DNA of 60,724 nucleotides. Source: Actinomycetota bacterium (GTDB taxonomy: Bacteria > Actinomycetota > Acidimicrobiia > Acidimicrobiales > Ilumatobacteraceae). A program made the position numbers and the translations under genes. Positions within the stretch are counted from its first letter, which is position 1, and each line of letters starts with the position of its first letter. The notes under the pieces were generated by a model. The model was not told where the DNA came from. It made no database searches and saw only the letters and a list, made by a program, of their open reading frames with translations. Positions 45,475 to 53,516 of the stretch are shown here, piece after piece. The stretch is from positions 1-60,724 of the forward strand of contig JBEGJW010000001.1 in assembly GCA_041184445.1 (NCBI GenBank). Direction: 5' to 3'.

Positions 45475-45795
45475 ATGGTTTCCAATCCATTCTCCGACCC
45501 AAATTGGTCTACCGCTGTCGTTGATTTCATCGACCGTTGGCTGGGTTTTGTGCGCGATCACACCACGCGCCCCCTGATTGCCATTATCCGGGGTTTGGTT
45601 TTTGGAACGATGGCCCTAGTTGGCGTCTTGTTTTGCGTTGTACTTCTGCTCATCGGTGTCATGCGTGCCCTCGTGTCACTTGGAGATGTGTGGTTAGGTC
45701 ATGACACTGCGGTGTGGGTGGCTTATTTCGTGCTCGGTGGCATTTTCTTGGCGCTTGGTGCATTCGGCATGCGCAAACGCCACCCGCGCGACTAA
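45475..45795 (+). CDS. Small membrane protein (hypothetical, 2-3 TM)
   Basis: 106 aa from ATG 45475, 8 nt after the kinase stop. Hydrophobic helices include GLVFGTMALVGVLFCVVLLLIGV and VWVAYFVLGGIFLALGAFG. Confidence 0.5.
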   Translation: MVSNPFSDPNWSTAVVDFIDRWLGFVRDHTTRPLIAIIRGLVFGTMALVGVLFCVVLLLIGVMRALVSLGDVWLGHDTAVWVAYFVLGGIFLALGAFGMRKRHPRD

Positions 45796-45834
45796 GTTTT
45801 TGTCACCTCTCACGACAAAGGCGTTCTTCACCTC

Positions 45835-46782
45835 ATGGCAATTCATCACAAAGTTTTGATTATCGGTTCTGGCCCAGCCGGCCTCACTGCCGCTATTTAC
45901 ACAGCGCGTGCAGGTTTGCTTCCTTTGATTATTGAAGGTGAGCCAAGCTCAACATCGGATCAGCCCGGCGGTCAGCTCATGCTCACCACCGAAGTAGAGA
46001 ACTTTCCTGGTTTCCCAGAGGGAATTATGGGCCCAGAGCTCATGATGCGCTGCCGTGAGCAGGCTGCTCGGTTTGGTGCCGAGTTCATTACCGAAAAAGT
46101 TACCCGGGTCGACTTCAGTAGTCGTCCATTTCGTGCGTGGATTCGCGACACCGAGTACAGCGCCGACAGTGTCATTGTGAGCACTGGTGCACAATCGTTG
46201 ATGTTGGGTCTTCCCGAAGAACCTCGCCTGATCGGTCATGGTTTATCTACATGTGCAACCTGTGATGGATTTTTCTTCAGAGGTCAAGAAATTGCTGTTG
46301 TTGGTGGTGGAGATTCTGCGCTTGAAGAAGCGCAGTTCCTTACCAAGTTTGCATCAAAAGTGCACTTGATTGTTCGTCGCGATGCATTGCGTGCATCAAA
46401 AATTATGCAAGACCGCGCGCTTGCGAACGAAAAAATTTCGATTATCTGGAATTCAACAGTTTCTAAAATCCACGGCGAAGACAAAGTGACTGGAATAGAA
46501 CTGACCGACACCCAAACTGGTGCAACAAGCGAACTGGGTGTTACAGGAATATTTATTGCAATTGGCCACCGCCCAAACACCGACCTGTTTAAGGGAGTGC
46601 TCGACATGGAGGACTCTGGTTATCTCATAACGAAACCAGGCTCCACGTACACCAATATTGAAGGTGTTTTCGCCTGTGGAGACGTACAAGACCACACATA
46701 CCGCCAAGCGATTACTGCTGCTGGTTCTGGTTGTATGGCTGCAATTGATAGTGAGCGTTGGCTAGAACACCAGCACTCATAG
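45835..46782 (+). CDS. trxB: Thioredoxin-disulfide reductase
   Basis: VLIIGSGPAGLTAAIY, redox-active CATCDG, NADPH site GGGDSALEEA, and GVFACGDV. Confidence 0.96.
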   Translation: MAIHHKVLIIGSGPAGLTAAIYTARAGLLPLIIEGEPSSTSDQPGGQLMLTTEVENFPGFPEGIMGPELMMRCREQAARFGAEFITEKVTRVDFSSRPFRAWIRDTEYSADSVIVSTGAQSLMLGLPEEPRLIGHGLSTCATCDGFFFRGQEIAVVGGGDSALEEAQFLTKFASKVHLIVRRDALRASKIMQDRALANEKISIIWNSTVSKIHGEDKVTGIELTDTQTGATSELGVTGIFIAIGHRPNTDLFKGVLDMEDSGYLITKPGSTYTNIEGVFACGDVQDHTYRQAITAAGSGCMAAIDSERWLEHQHS

Positions 46783-46860
46783 GTCACACCTGGCGCAATT
46801 TCACGCTTACGCGTGTTGCGCTCTGTACTATTTCATTACCCGAACCGCGAAGGACTCGTC

Positions 46861-47199
46861 ATGGCTCAATCAATCACCACCCTTACATCTGCAAACTTCG
46901 ATGAAACCATTGGTAGTTCAGATACGCCAATATTGGTTGACTTTTGGGCTGAATGGTGTGGCCCGTGCAAAGCCATCGCTCCAGTACTGGCAGAAATTGC
47001 AACCGAGCAAGCCGGAAACATCACCATTGCGAAACTCAATGTTGACGACTACGGCGATATTGCGATGCGCTTCAATGTGATGAGTATTCCAACGTTGATT
47101 GTGTTCAATAAAGGTGAAGCCGCAAAACGTCTCGTTGGTGCTCAGGGTAAGGGCAAGTTGCTACAGGAGCTCGCAGAATTTCTTCCGACTTCCCACTAA
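46861..47199 (+). CDS. trxA: Thioredoxin
   Basis: ILVDFWAEWCGPCKAIAP...MSIPTLIVF. ATG 46861 (MAQSITTLTS) is preferred over the ORF-track start at 46813. Confidence 0.95.
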   Translation: MAQSITTLTSANFDETIGSSDTPILVDFWAEWCGPCKAIAPVLAEIATEQAGNITIAKLNVDDYGDIAMRFNVMSIPTLIVFNKGEAAKRLVGAQGKGKLLQELAEFLPTSH

Positions 47200-47288
47200 C
47201 GCAAGATAGTCGCGGCACTGCCGTCCACGATCTTCAGCGTCGCCTTGTTGCTGCGAATTTTCTTGAACACGACGCATATGTAGTTGGC

Positions 47289-48155
47289 GTGTATTGCGCT
47301 CGCACTGCTGAAGTCGTTGCAGAGTTTCAACAACATCGTGGACTTCCAGCTACGGGAATATGTGATCACATCACATGGACCACTCTCGTGGAGTCGTCTT
47401 GGGTGTTGGGTTCGCGACTGCTGTACCTCACTTCTCCACACATGCGTGGTGATGATGTGCAAGCAATGCAAACCGTGCTCGCCAAATTGGGTTTTGATTG
47501 CGGTCGTGCAGATGGAATTTTCGGCGCAAACACATTGCGTGCGCTAACTGAGTTTCAACAAAACTACGGAATTACCGCCGACGGCATTTGTGGAGTGAAT
47601 TCAATTCGCGCGCTTGAACGAACAAGTAGTCAAAGCGGAGAGGGTCCTGGAATTGTGACGGTGCGTGAATACGAAACACTGCTCACATCGCAGGACAGAG
47701 CTGAACGCCCGCGAATTGTTGTTGGTTGCTTTGACTCCAGCACACGCCTTACTCGCCTGCTTGTGCGCGAGCTTCGCAATCGGGGTGACGACGTGATGAC
47801 TATTGAAAACGCCGACCCCCACACTCATGCGCGGATGGCGAATTCATTCGATGCAGATTTATTCATCGGAGTTGCAGGCGCAGAAACCAATGCCATTCAA
47901 TTCGCCTATTACGAAACAGAGTCGTTTACTTCGGCCGGCGGTCGAGTGGCAGCTGAACTGTGTGCCGAGTTCGTTCGACCTACTCACGTCACTAGCGATG
48001 TTGTGGTGTGCGGCATGCAATTGCCGGTTCTTCGTGAAACCAGAATGCCAGCAGTGATGTGCACGATCGGGTCGCTTGGTGGCGAAGACTTTGCCTTCAG
48101 AACTGTTCCTGCGCTGGCCCAAGCGATTACGCAATGGAATAATCAGCCTCTGTAA
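47289..48155 (+). CDS. cwlM: CwlM-like N-acetylmuramoyl-L-alanine amidase homolog (two PG-binding repeats plus amidase_3 domain). Coordinates give the minimal ORF; the true start is probably upstream.
   Basis: A second PG_binding_1 repeat (GDDVQAMQTVLAKLGFDCGRADGIFGANTLRALTEFQQNYG) and an amidase_3-like C-terminus are present. The same frame translated upstream of GTG 47289 (DSRGTAVHDLQRRLVAANF...) continues the first PG-binding repeat. That stretch has no ATG/GTG/TTG back to the stop at 47148-47150. An ATT at 47178 with a GGAG 8 nt upstream is the candidate start. Confidence 0.8.
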   Translation: MYCARTAEVVAEFQQHRGLPATGICDHITWTTLVESSWVLGSRLLYLTSPHMRGDDVQAMQTVLAKLGFDCGRADGIFGANTLRALTEFQQNYGITADGICGVNSIRALERTSSQSGEGPGIVTVREYETLLTSQDRAERPRIVVGCFDSSTRLTRLLVRELRNRGDDVMTIENADPHTHARMANSFDADLFIGVAGAETNAIQFAYYETESFTSAGGRVAAELCAEFVRPTHVTSDVVVCGMQLPVLRETRMPAVMCTIGSLGGEDFAFRTVPALAQAITQWNNQPL

Positions 48156-48158
48156 AAG

Positions 48159-48191
48159 TTATCCACAGGTTTATGCACACTCTGTGCACAA
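48159..48191. promoter_or_regulatory. Cluster of three DnaA-box-like 9-mers in the cwlM/parB convergent spacer
   Basis: TTATCCACA (48159-48167) is a perfect consensus. TTATGCACA (48171-48179) fits TTATNCACA. TGTGCACAA (48183-48191) is the reverse complement of TTGTGCACA. Confidence 0.55.
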
Positions 48192-48239
48192 TCTCAAGTT
48201 CGGGTTCACGGTGAACCTTTACCCAAGGCTCATATGGTT

Positions 48240-49196
48240 CTACTCGTCGAGGTCGGGACCTTCGGTCATCAGTCGGTAAATTCGCTCGAGGTCTTCAAGG
48301 TCGGCAAACTCCACCACCATTTTTCCGTGCTTGCCAGACAAGGTGACCGTGACTGGTGTAGCCAGATGCTCGGATAGCAATTCTTCGAGTTCGTGTAAAC
48401 CAGGTTCTTTAATGACTGAAACTTTGCCTGCAGTTCCCGACTTTGATTTTGTTCCCGTAAGGCCCGGCTTTGGGGTAACCGTGGTGGAGCTAGCGCCAGG
48501 ATTCATTGCGTTGCGCACTGCTTCTTCAAGTCCGCGAACCGTAAGGCTTTGATTTACCGCCTCGCGGGCAAGGGTTTCCTGTAGCCCACGGTCTGGTGTA
48601 CCCAGTATGGCTTTGGCGTGTCCAGCTGAAAGTCGACCTTCAGCTAGATACTGCTGAATGGTTGGTGGCAACGTTAACAGTCGCAGCGAGTTGGTGATCG
48701 CTGATCGGCTTTTTCCGACCTTGGACGCCACTTGCTCATGTGTCATTGAGAAGTCTTCAAGTAATTGCTGATAGGCCGCAGCTTCTTCAAGTGGGGTGAG
48801 GTCTTGGCGATGAAGGTTTTCAACGAGTGCTTGCTCCACCGAAGAAACATCGTCGGTCACCCGCACAATTGCCGGAATGGTCGAAAGTCCAGCCCGTTTA
48901 GAGGCTCGCCAACGGCGCTCTCCTGCAATTAATTCGAATCGGTCTGGTGCGGACGACGGACGTACCAAAATTGGCTGCAATAACCCGATTGCTTTAATTG
49001 ATGCGGAGAGTTCGGCGAGTGAATCTTCGTCAAACAAGTTTCGTGGTTGATTTGGGTTTGGGTCAATCGAAGAAACCGAGATTTCCTGCAATCCTGTACC
49101 TGAGCCACCGCCACCATCACGGGGTGTCATCACCATTGATCCTGTTGGGATCAGGGCGTCTAATCCTCTACCGAGTCCCGACTTGCGCGCCACCAC
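48240..49196 (-). CDS. parB: Chromosome partitioning protein ParB
   Basis: GLGRGLDALIP is at the N-terminus, followed by the ParB box LLQPILVRP...ELIAGERRWRA and an HTH region. The GTG start overlaps the parA 3' end by 29 nt. Confidence 0.95.
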   Translation of the reverse strand: MVARKSGLGRGLDALIPTGSMVMTPRDGGGGSGTGLQEISVSSIDPNPNQPRNLFDEDSLAELSASIKAIGLLQPILVRPSSAPDRFELIAGERRWRASKRAGLSTIPAIVRVTDDVSSVEQALVENLHRQDLTPLEEAAAYQQLLEDFSMTHEQVASKVGKSRSAITNSLRLLTLPPTIQQYLAEGRLSAGHAKAILGTPDRGLQETLAREAVNQSLTVRGLEEAVRNAMNPGASSTTVTPKPGLTGTKSKSGTAGKVSVIKEPGLHELEELLSEHLATPVTVTLSGKHGKMVVEFADLEDLERIYRLMTEGPDLDE

Positions 49197-49983
49197 TCAC
49201 CTCCAATGCCACTGCTCGATATGCCTTTGCCCCAGTTGAGTTTGGGTCAAAGGTAGTAATTGGCTTGCCGTGTGAAGGCGCCTCTGCCAGGCGCACATTG
49301 TGCGGAATAACGGCTTGACACACCTTGTCGCCGAAGTGTTCGCGTACTTCGCTGACTACATCACCGGAAAGTTTGGTGCGGGTATCGAACATGGTGCAGA
49401 TAATGCGACTGACGCCTAGGCCTGGGTTGAGGTTTTTGCTTACCAAATCCACGTTACGAAGCAACTGACCAAGACCTTCCAAGGCGTAGTACTGGCATTG
49501 AATCGGCACGATGACTTCTCGGGCGGCAGTAAGTCCGTTCACCGTAAGGAGCCCAAGTGATGGCGGGCAGTCGATCAGCACATAGTCGAACTGGTCAATA
49601 ATGGCTTCAATGGCTTTTTTGAGGCGGGTTTCTCGGCCCATTGCCGGAACGAGCTCAATTTCGGCACCTGCTAGGTCGAGGTTCGAAGGTGCAACAAAGA
49701 GGTTCTTTACCGCTGTTGGTGCCAGACAATCTTCAAGGGGAGTCTCGTGTAGCAACACGTCATAAATGCTCGTTTCCATGTCGCGGGTATTGAGACCCAG
49801 GCCTGTGGAGGCGTTTCCTTGTGGGTCAAGGTCAATCAGCAGCACCCGATAACCCTGCTCAGCAAGGCAGGCACCAAGGTTGATGGTGGTCGTGGTTTTG
49901 CCAACTCCGCCTTTTTGGTTCGCCATAGCAATGATCCGCGGCGTTGGGTACGGACCAGTAGGGGTGGTAACTGGCGTGTTCAT
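49168..49983 (-). CDS. parA: Chromosome partitioning ATPase ParA/Soj
   Basis: IIAMANQKGGVGKTTTTINL is a deviant Walker A; LLIDLDPQGN and IDCPPSLG follow. The start is set at ATG 49983 (MNTPVTT...). The ORF-track N-terminal extension merely reads through the parS region. Confidence 0.93.
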   Translation of the reverse strand: MNTPVTTPTGPYPTPRIIAMANQKGGVGKTTTTINLGACLAEQGYRVLLIDLDPQGNASTGLGLNTRDMETSIYDVLLHETPLEDCLAPTAVKNLFVAPSNLDLAGAEIELVPAMGRETRLKKAIEAIIDQFDYVLIDCPPSLGLLTVNGLTAAREVIVPIQCQYYALEGLGQLLRNVDLVSKNLNPGLGVSRIICTMFDTRTKLSGDVVSEVREHFGDKVCQAVIPHNVRLAEAPSHGKPITTFDPNSTGAKAYRAVALEVSGGAQVGTR

Positions 49984-50035
49984 GATGAGCCAAGAATACC
50001 GCCCGTCCGCAGTGATTAGGGGGATAGCGCCTGGA

Positions 50036-50053
50036 ATGTTCCACGTGGAACAT
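50036..50053. promoter_or_regulatory. parS-like centromere site (18-bp perfect palindrome)
   Basis: ATGTTCCACGTGGAACAT differs from the widespread core GTTTCACGTGAAAC by a symmetric T-to-C change. It lies in the rsmG-parA spacer, 53 nt upstream of the parA start. Confidence 0.8.
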
Positions 50054-50080
50054 GTTCTGGTTCGGGTGACTTGGCGCTCG

Positions 50081-50644
50081 TTAATGTTCCACGTGGAACA
50101 TTGCGACTGGCCCAACACGAACAGGTTCAGACACCCCGATGGCGGGAAGGTCTATTCCTTGCCAACGATCAGGGGAACCAAAGGGGGGTTCAGAGACCAC
50201 AATGACTCCCCCTGTTTTTACGAGTTCAGCCGACCACTTCAAGGTGAATTCGGGTGGACCAAAGCCTCGCGCACAAGCAGCATCATAGGAGTGCCTTGTA
50301 TTCGTGGTCCGCGCAAAACTCTCCACGTCTGCACACACCACGTTCACCCGATCCTCGATACCCAACGCCTTAATTGCTCGTTGAAGGGCATCGGTTCGTT
50401 TTGATCGCCGATCCACCAAGGTGAGGTGGATTTCTGGGCGGGCAATGGCAATCACGAGTCCCGGAACGCCGGCCCCGCTTCCCAGATCGACACACGTATG
50501 GACTGACTGGGGGAGAGCATCCGCAAACGCACAGGCATGGTTAATCATGTCTGGTACAGGTTGTGTGCCAATGGCGCCAATCCGCTGAGCCGCACTGAAT
50601 ATGCGGATCAGCCCATCGTGTTTGGCTGGATGAGGAACTGCCAC
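50081..50644 (-). CDS. rsmG: 16S rRNA (guanine527-N7)-methyltransferase RsmG (GidB)
   Basis: The SAM-binding motif VDLGSGAGVPGLVIAIARPE is present, and the gene sits in the conserved position between jag and parA. Confidence 0.9.
   Translation of the reverse strand: MAVPHPAKHDGLIRIFSAAQRIGAIGTQPVPDMINHACAFADALPQSVHTCVDLGSGAGVPGLVIAIARPEIHLTLVDRRSKRTDALQRAIKALGIEDRVNVVCADVESFARTTNTRHSYDAACARGFGPPEFTLKWSAELVKTGGVIVVSEPPFGSPDRWQGIDLPAIGVSEPVRVGPVAMFHVEH
50083..50102. promoter_or_regulatory. parS-like centromere site (20-bp perfect palindrome) overlapping the rsmG 3' end
   Basis: AATGTTCCACGTGGAACATT has the same core as the site 48 bp away. It encodes the last residues of RsmG (..MFHVEH-stop). 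Confidence 0.8.
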
Positions 50645-50657
50645 ACGGGCAGTCTAG

Positions 50658-51464
50658 TTACGCCTCTTCTGGCTGATCGTCTGCAAGGGCAACCACTACA
50701 CGGCGGTGTGGGTCTTGGCCTTGCGAACGGGTTGCAATACCGGCGAACTCCACAAGCGTGTCATGGACAATCTTGCGGTCTGCAGAGTTCATTGGTTCGA
50801 GCACGCGTGGTTGCCCACTTTCAAGCACATCGTTCGCCACCTTGAGGGCAAAGCGACTGAGGGCTTCGCGGCGCTTTTCGCGATAGCTAGCAATGTCTAC
50901 TCGAAGGTGTGTGTCATGGTCACCCAATCGGCGTTGGCTCACCACGCGGGTCAAGTCCTGAACGGCCATCAGTGTTGCGCCCTTTGTGCCAACAAATATC
51001 GAAACGTCGGTGCCATTGACATTGATGTCGATATCTTCACCAGTCTGCTGAACCGAAACGGAGCCTGTTAAACCAGCAGCGGTAAGCATTCCTTCAAGAA
51101 ATGTGGTTGCTGCAGCACTCACAGTGGCTGGATCAACTGGTGGCATGTCTGGGCGTGGAGTCCGTGGAGTGGACTCGCGCTTCGGACGTGGGGTGGTTGA
51201 CTTCTCGCGACGGCCACCCTTGGCGTCTCCTTCTTTACGTGGTCCGCGCTTTGCCGACTTGTCGCGACGATCGTTTTTAATTCGCACACTGTTCGGACGA
51301 ACACGTGCGCGAACGCGCGCTTCTCCGCGAGTGCGTCCGAAGAGTCCTTGTTTCGGCTCTTCAACGACTTCGAATTCAGCGTCATCTTCTGCGACACCTA
51401 ACTGATCAAGTGCCAAGTTCTTCGCCAACTCAATGGTCTCTGCTGTGGTTTCTACCCATTCCAT
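50658..51464 (-). CDS. jag: Jag/KhpB-family RNA-binding protein (Jag_N, KH and R3H domains)
   Basis: Jag N-domain EWVETTAETIELAKNLALDQLGV, an R/K/P-rich linker, and a C-terminal R3H region (LEPMNSADRKIVHDTL). It sits downstream of yidC. Confidence 0.88.
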   Translation of the reverse strand: MEWVETTAETIELAKNLALDQLGVAEDDAEFEVVEEPKQGLFGRTRGEARVRARVRPNSVRIKNDRRDKSAKRGPRKEGDAKGGRREKSTTPRPKRESTPRTPRPDMPPVDPATVSAAATTFLEGMLTAAGLTGSVSVQQTGEDIDINVNGTDVSIFVGTKGATLMAVQDLTRVVSQRRLGDHDTHLRVDIASYREKRREALSRFALKVANDVLESGQPRVLEPMNSADRKIVHDTLVEFAGIATRSQGQDPHRRVVVALADDQPEEA

Positions 51465-51488
51465 AACAATGTCCTTACGTGTGATGTC

Positions 51489-52442
51489 TTACGATTTTTT
51501 AGGTTTGCGCGGTATCGCGCTGCTTCGGTTTTTACCCGGAGGAGTTGACTGCTTTGCCGACGAGAACCCACCCTTTGGAGGAGTTACTCGTTTGCTCACG
51601 AACGGAGCTTTCGGATCGGTTGCCTCTTTTTTTGGCTTCGAAGATTCTTTGTCGCCCTTTGACATTTCTCGAGCACGCGCGCTTGCTTCTTGCGCCTGCC
51701 GGCCAAGCGAAGAATCGTTGCCGTAAAAACGCTTCGTAATGTATCCCTGTTGACCAATACGAATGATCGCTTGCACCATGTAATACACAATCAAGCCGGT
51801 TGGCAAGAACAGTTGGAATACTGCAAATAACACCGGTAGGTATTGCATTAATTTGGCTTGCGACGCAGACATGGTTGGGCTGACTGTGCGCGAAGCAACC
51901 ATTCGTTGCTGTACGAAATACAACGCGGCAAGTGCAGCAACAAGGAACACATAAATGAGCCCAGTTGCAAAATCGTTTTTCACTGCTTCAACAGGTTTCA
52001 AAGCCAAGTCAATTCCGAACGACACCATCTTGGTTTTCCCAACCAATGACTTGTACAACTCGGATGCTTCGTTCAAATACTTCGGTGCAAACGTCACTCC
52101 GTCTGCAGCTTTTGAAATCAAACCGTGCAACGCACGGAACATAATGATGAACACCGGCATCTGCGCAGCAATTGGCAAACACGAAGCCATTGGGTTGACT
52201 TTGTGTTCCTGATACAACTTCATCATTGCTTCGTTCAGTTTTTGGCGATCACCTTTGAACTCTGCTTGTAAACGACGCATTTCTGGTTGCAGACGTTGCA
52301 TCTCCAACATGCCTTTGGTGCTCTTGAGTGTGAGTGGCGTAATGAGCAACATCACGACCACAGCAACTAACCCAATGGCGAGTGCGTAGTTGTGGGTCCA
52401 GGCGTAGAACGTGGCAATGAGGCGAGCGGCGAGTTCAAACAT
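51489..52442 (-). CDS. yidC: Membrane protein insertase YidC
   Basis: Short Gram-positive-type YidC. Motifs include LKSTKGMLEMQRLQPEM..L, LYQEHKVNPMASCLP and PTGLIVYYMV, with a basic C-terminal tail. Confidence 0.93.
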   Translation of the reverse strand: MFELAARLIATFYAWTHNYALAIGLVAVVVMLLITPLTLKSTKGMLEMQRLQPEMRRLQAEFKGDRQKLNEAMMKLYQEHKVNPMASCLPIAAQMPVFIIMFRALHGLISKAADGVTFAPKYLNEASELYKSLVGKTKMVSFGIDLALKPVEAVKNDFATGLIYVFLVAALAALYFVQQRMVASRTVSPTMSASQAKLMQYLPVLFAVFQLFLPTGLIVYYMVQAIIRIGQQGYITKRFYGNDSSLGRQAQEASARAREMSKGDKESSKPKKEATDPKAPFVSKRVTPPKGGFSSAKQSTPPGKNRSSAIPRKPKKS

Positions 52443-52448
52443 GAGCGG

Positions 52449-52775
52449 TTAGCAATCTTTCGTGTCGTGGGTGCAACAGACGGTAGGCGATACCGAACCT
52501 GTTTCTTGGGGGAGAGGAACTGGGTCGAAACCAGATGGACCAAACGGGCGGCAACGCAGGAGGCGGCGAGCTGTCAGTAGTCCGCCGCGGCCCGCGCCAA
52601 AGGTTTGAATGGCTTCATATCCATACTCGGAGCATGATGGGAAAAACCGGCAAGGCGAAGGGTGGCCTGGGCGCAACGACTGGTACCAGCGAATGGCTCG
52701 CAGCATGGCACCTTGCATTCGAGTGGTGGTTTCATCACTCTTGGTGAGAAGGGGGTGTGAGGCAACCACGTTCAT
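52449..52775 (-). CDS. yidD: Membrane protein insertion efficiency factor YidD
   Basis: AIRWYQSLRPGHPSPCRFFPSCSEYGYEAIQTFG...RLLRCRPFGPSGFDPVP. The start may be an internal ATG (MQGAML...). Confidence 0.9.
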   Translation of the reverse strand: MNVVASHPLLTKSDETTTRMQGAMLRAIRWYQSLRPGHPSPCRFFPSCSEYGYEAIQTFGAGRGGLLTARRLLRCRPFGPSGFDPVPLPQETGSVSPTVCCTHDTKDC

Positions 52776-53098
52776 GAACTGACTACCTTTGCCAACAACT
52801 GATCAACGGTTGCCCCGAGTTCTGTCCACGACATGGCCCCAACCCGAGGTTGGACACCCACTAAATACCAACCTGCAGGCATGCGGTCGGACTTGGCCTC
52901 AAGCAGCGAGCGCAGTTGGCGGCGAATCCGGTTGCGGAGTACAGCCCCACCCACGTTTCGACCAATGGCGTAGCCCACATGGGCACCTGGCAAGGAAGAG
53001 TCAGTCAACATCAGACACCACAATCCATTGGAGCGAACATATGTTCCCTCTTTGGATAGTCGGGAGAAGATCTCCCGTTGGCGTATCCGGCCGATCAA
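52772..53098 (-). CDS. rnpA: Ribonuclease P protein component
   Basis: 108 aa and basic. [23 protein letters not shown] is the RNR motif. The TTG start overlaps the rpmH stop (TTGA). Confidence 0.88.
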   Translation of the reverse strand: MIGRIRQREIFSRLSKEGTYVRSNGLWCLMLTDSSLPGAHVGYAIGRNVGGAVLRNRIRRQLRSLLEAKSDRMPAGWYLVGVQPRVGAMSWTELGATVDQLLAKVVSS

Positions 53099-53229
53099 GC
53101 CGAAAGCTTGTGTCGGCCTTTGGCACGACGGGACTTCAAAATGGCGCGGCCCGCACGGGTCTTCATACGATGGCGAAAGCCATGCTTCTTGGCACGACGG
53201 CGATTATTTGGCTGGAAAGTGCGTTTCAC
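53095..53229 (-). CDS. rpmH: 50S ribosomal protein L34
   Basis: This gene is not in the ORF track because it is under 60 aa. The minus-strand GTG at 53229 gives [44 protein letters not shown], then TGA at 53095-53097, which is canonical L34. Confidence 0.95.
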   Translation of the reverse strand: MKRTFQPNNRRRAKKHGFRHRMKTRAGRAILKSRRAKGRHKLSA

Positions 53230-53349
53230 GCACGCCTCCTCGGTTCGGTGCCGAGAGGGTCTCGACAACTCTGGACGAACAACCTATTGGGCTGAACGAT
53301 GGGACTACAACGGCAAGAACTCTACAGGCAAATCTCGGTTTTTTTTGCC

Positions 53350-53429
53350 TGTGGAAAACCTGCTACCTTCGCTAACCCCGCCTCGTGTCGGCGGGGGTGT
53401 CCACACCCTGTGGATAGTGCTGTGGACGG
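53350..53429. promoter_or_regulatory. DnaA-box cluster in the rpmH-dnaA intergenic region (dnaA promoter / left part of oriC)
   Basis: TGTGGAAAA (53350-53358), GTGTCCACA (53397-53405), TGTGGATAG (53409-53417) and TGTGGACGG (53421-53429). Each is within 1-2 mismatches of TT(A/G)TCCACA or its complement. Confidence 0.65.
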
Positions 53430-53516
53430 CATATGACACGGGTTCCGGTAATCGGAAATGCTTTACATCATTGGGTTTCATCACAAGTGAAGCGCACATA
53501 TCAGTACAGAGGAACT

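Noticed and set aside
48203-48217. The 7-1-7 palindrome GGTTCAC-G-GTGAACC between cwlM and parB, as a bidirectional terminator
   Set aside because: The 1-nt spacer would force a very short effective stem, and only a weak TTT follows on one strand. It may be a protein-binding site, so it is mentioned under the DnaA-box finding and not called as a terminator.
50036-50102. The repeated 18-20 nt element, which could be mistaken for a mini CRISPR array or a mobile-element terminal repeat
   Set aside because: There are only two copies. Each is a perfect palindrome with the parS core, located between rsmG and parA. No cas or transposase genes are nearby.
49984-50118. The N-terminal extension of the parA ORF (start at 50118), containing the repeated peptide CSTWNI
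   Set aside because: The repeat is just the parS palindromes read in frame. ParA homology begins at MNTPVTT...IIAMANQKGGVGKT, so the ATG at 49983 is used.
53324-53352. The 9-bp stem ACAGGCAAA/TTTGCCTGT with a T-rich loop between rpmH and dnaA, as a terminator or sRNA
   Set aside because: No gene ends here on either strand. The T-run lies in the loop and not after the stem. It overlaps a DnaA-box-like site and is mentioned only in the origin finding.
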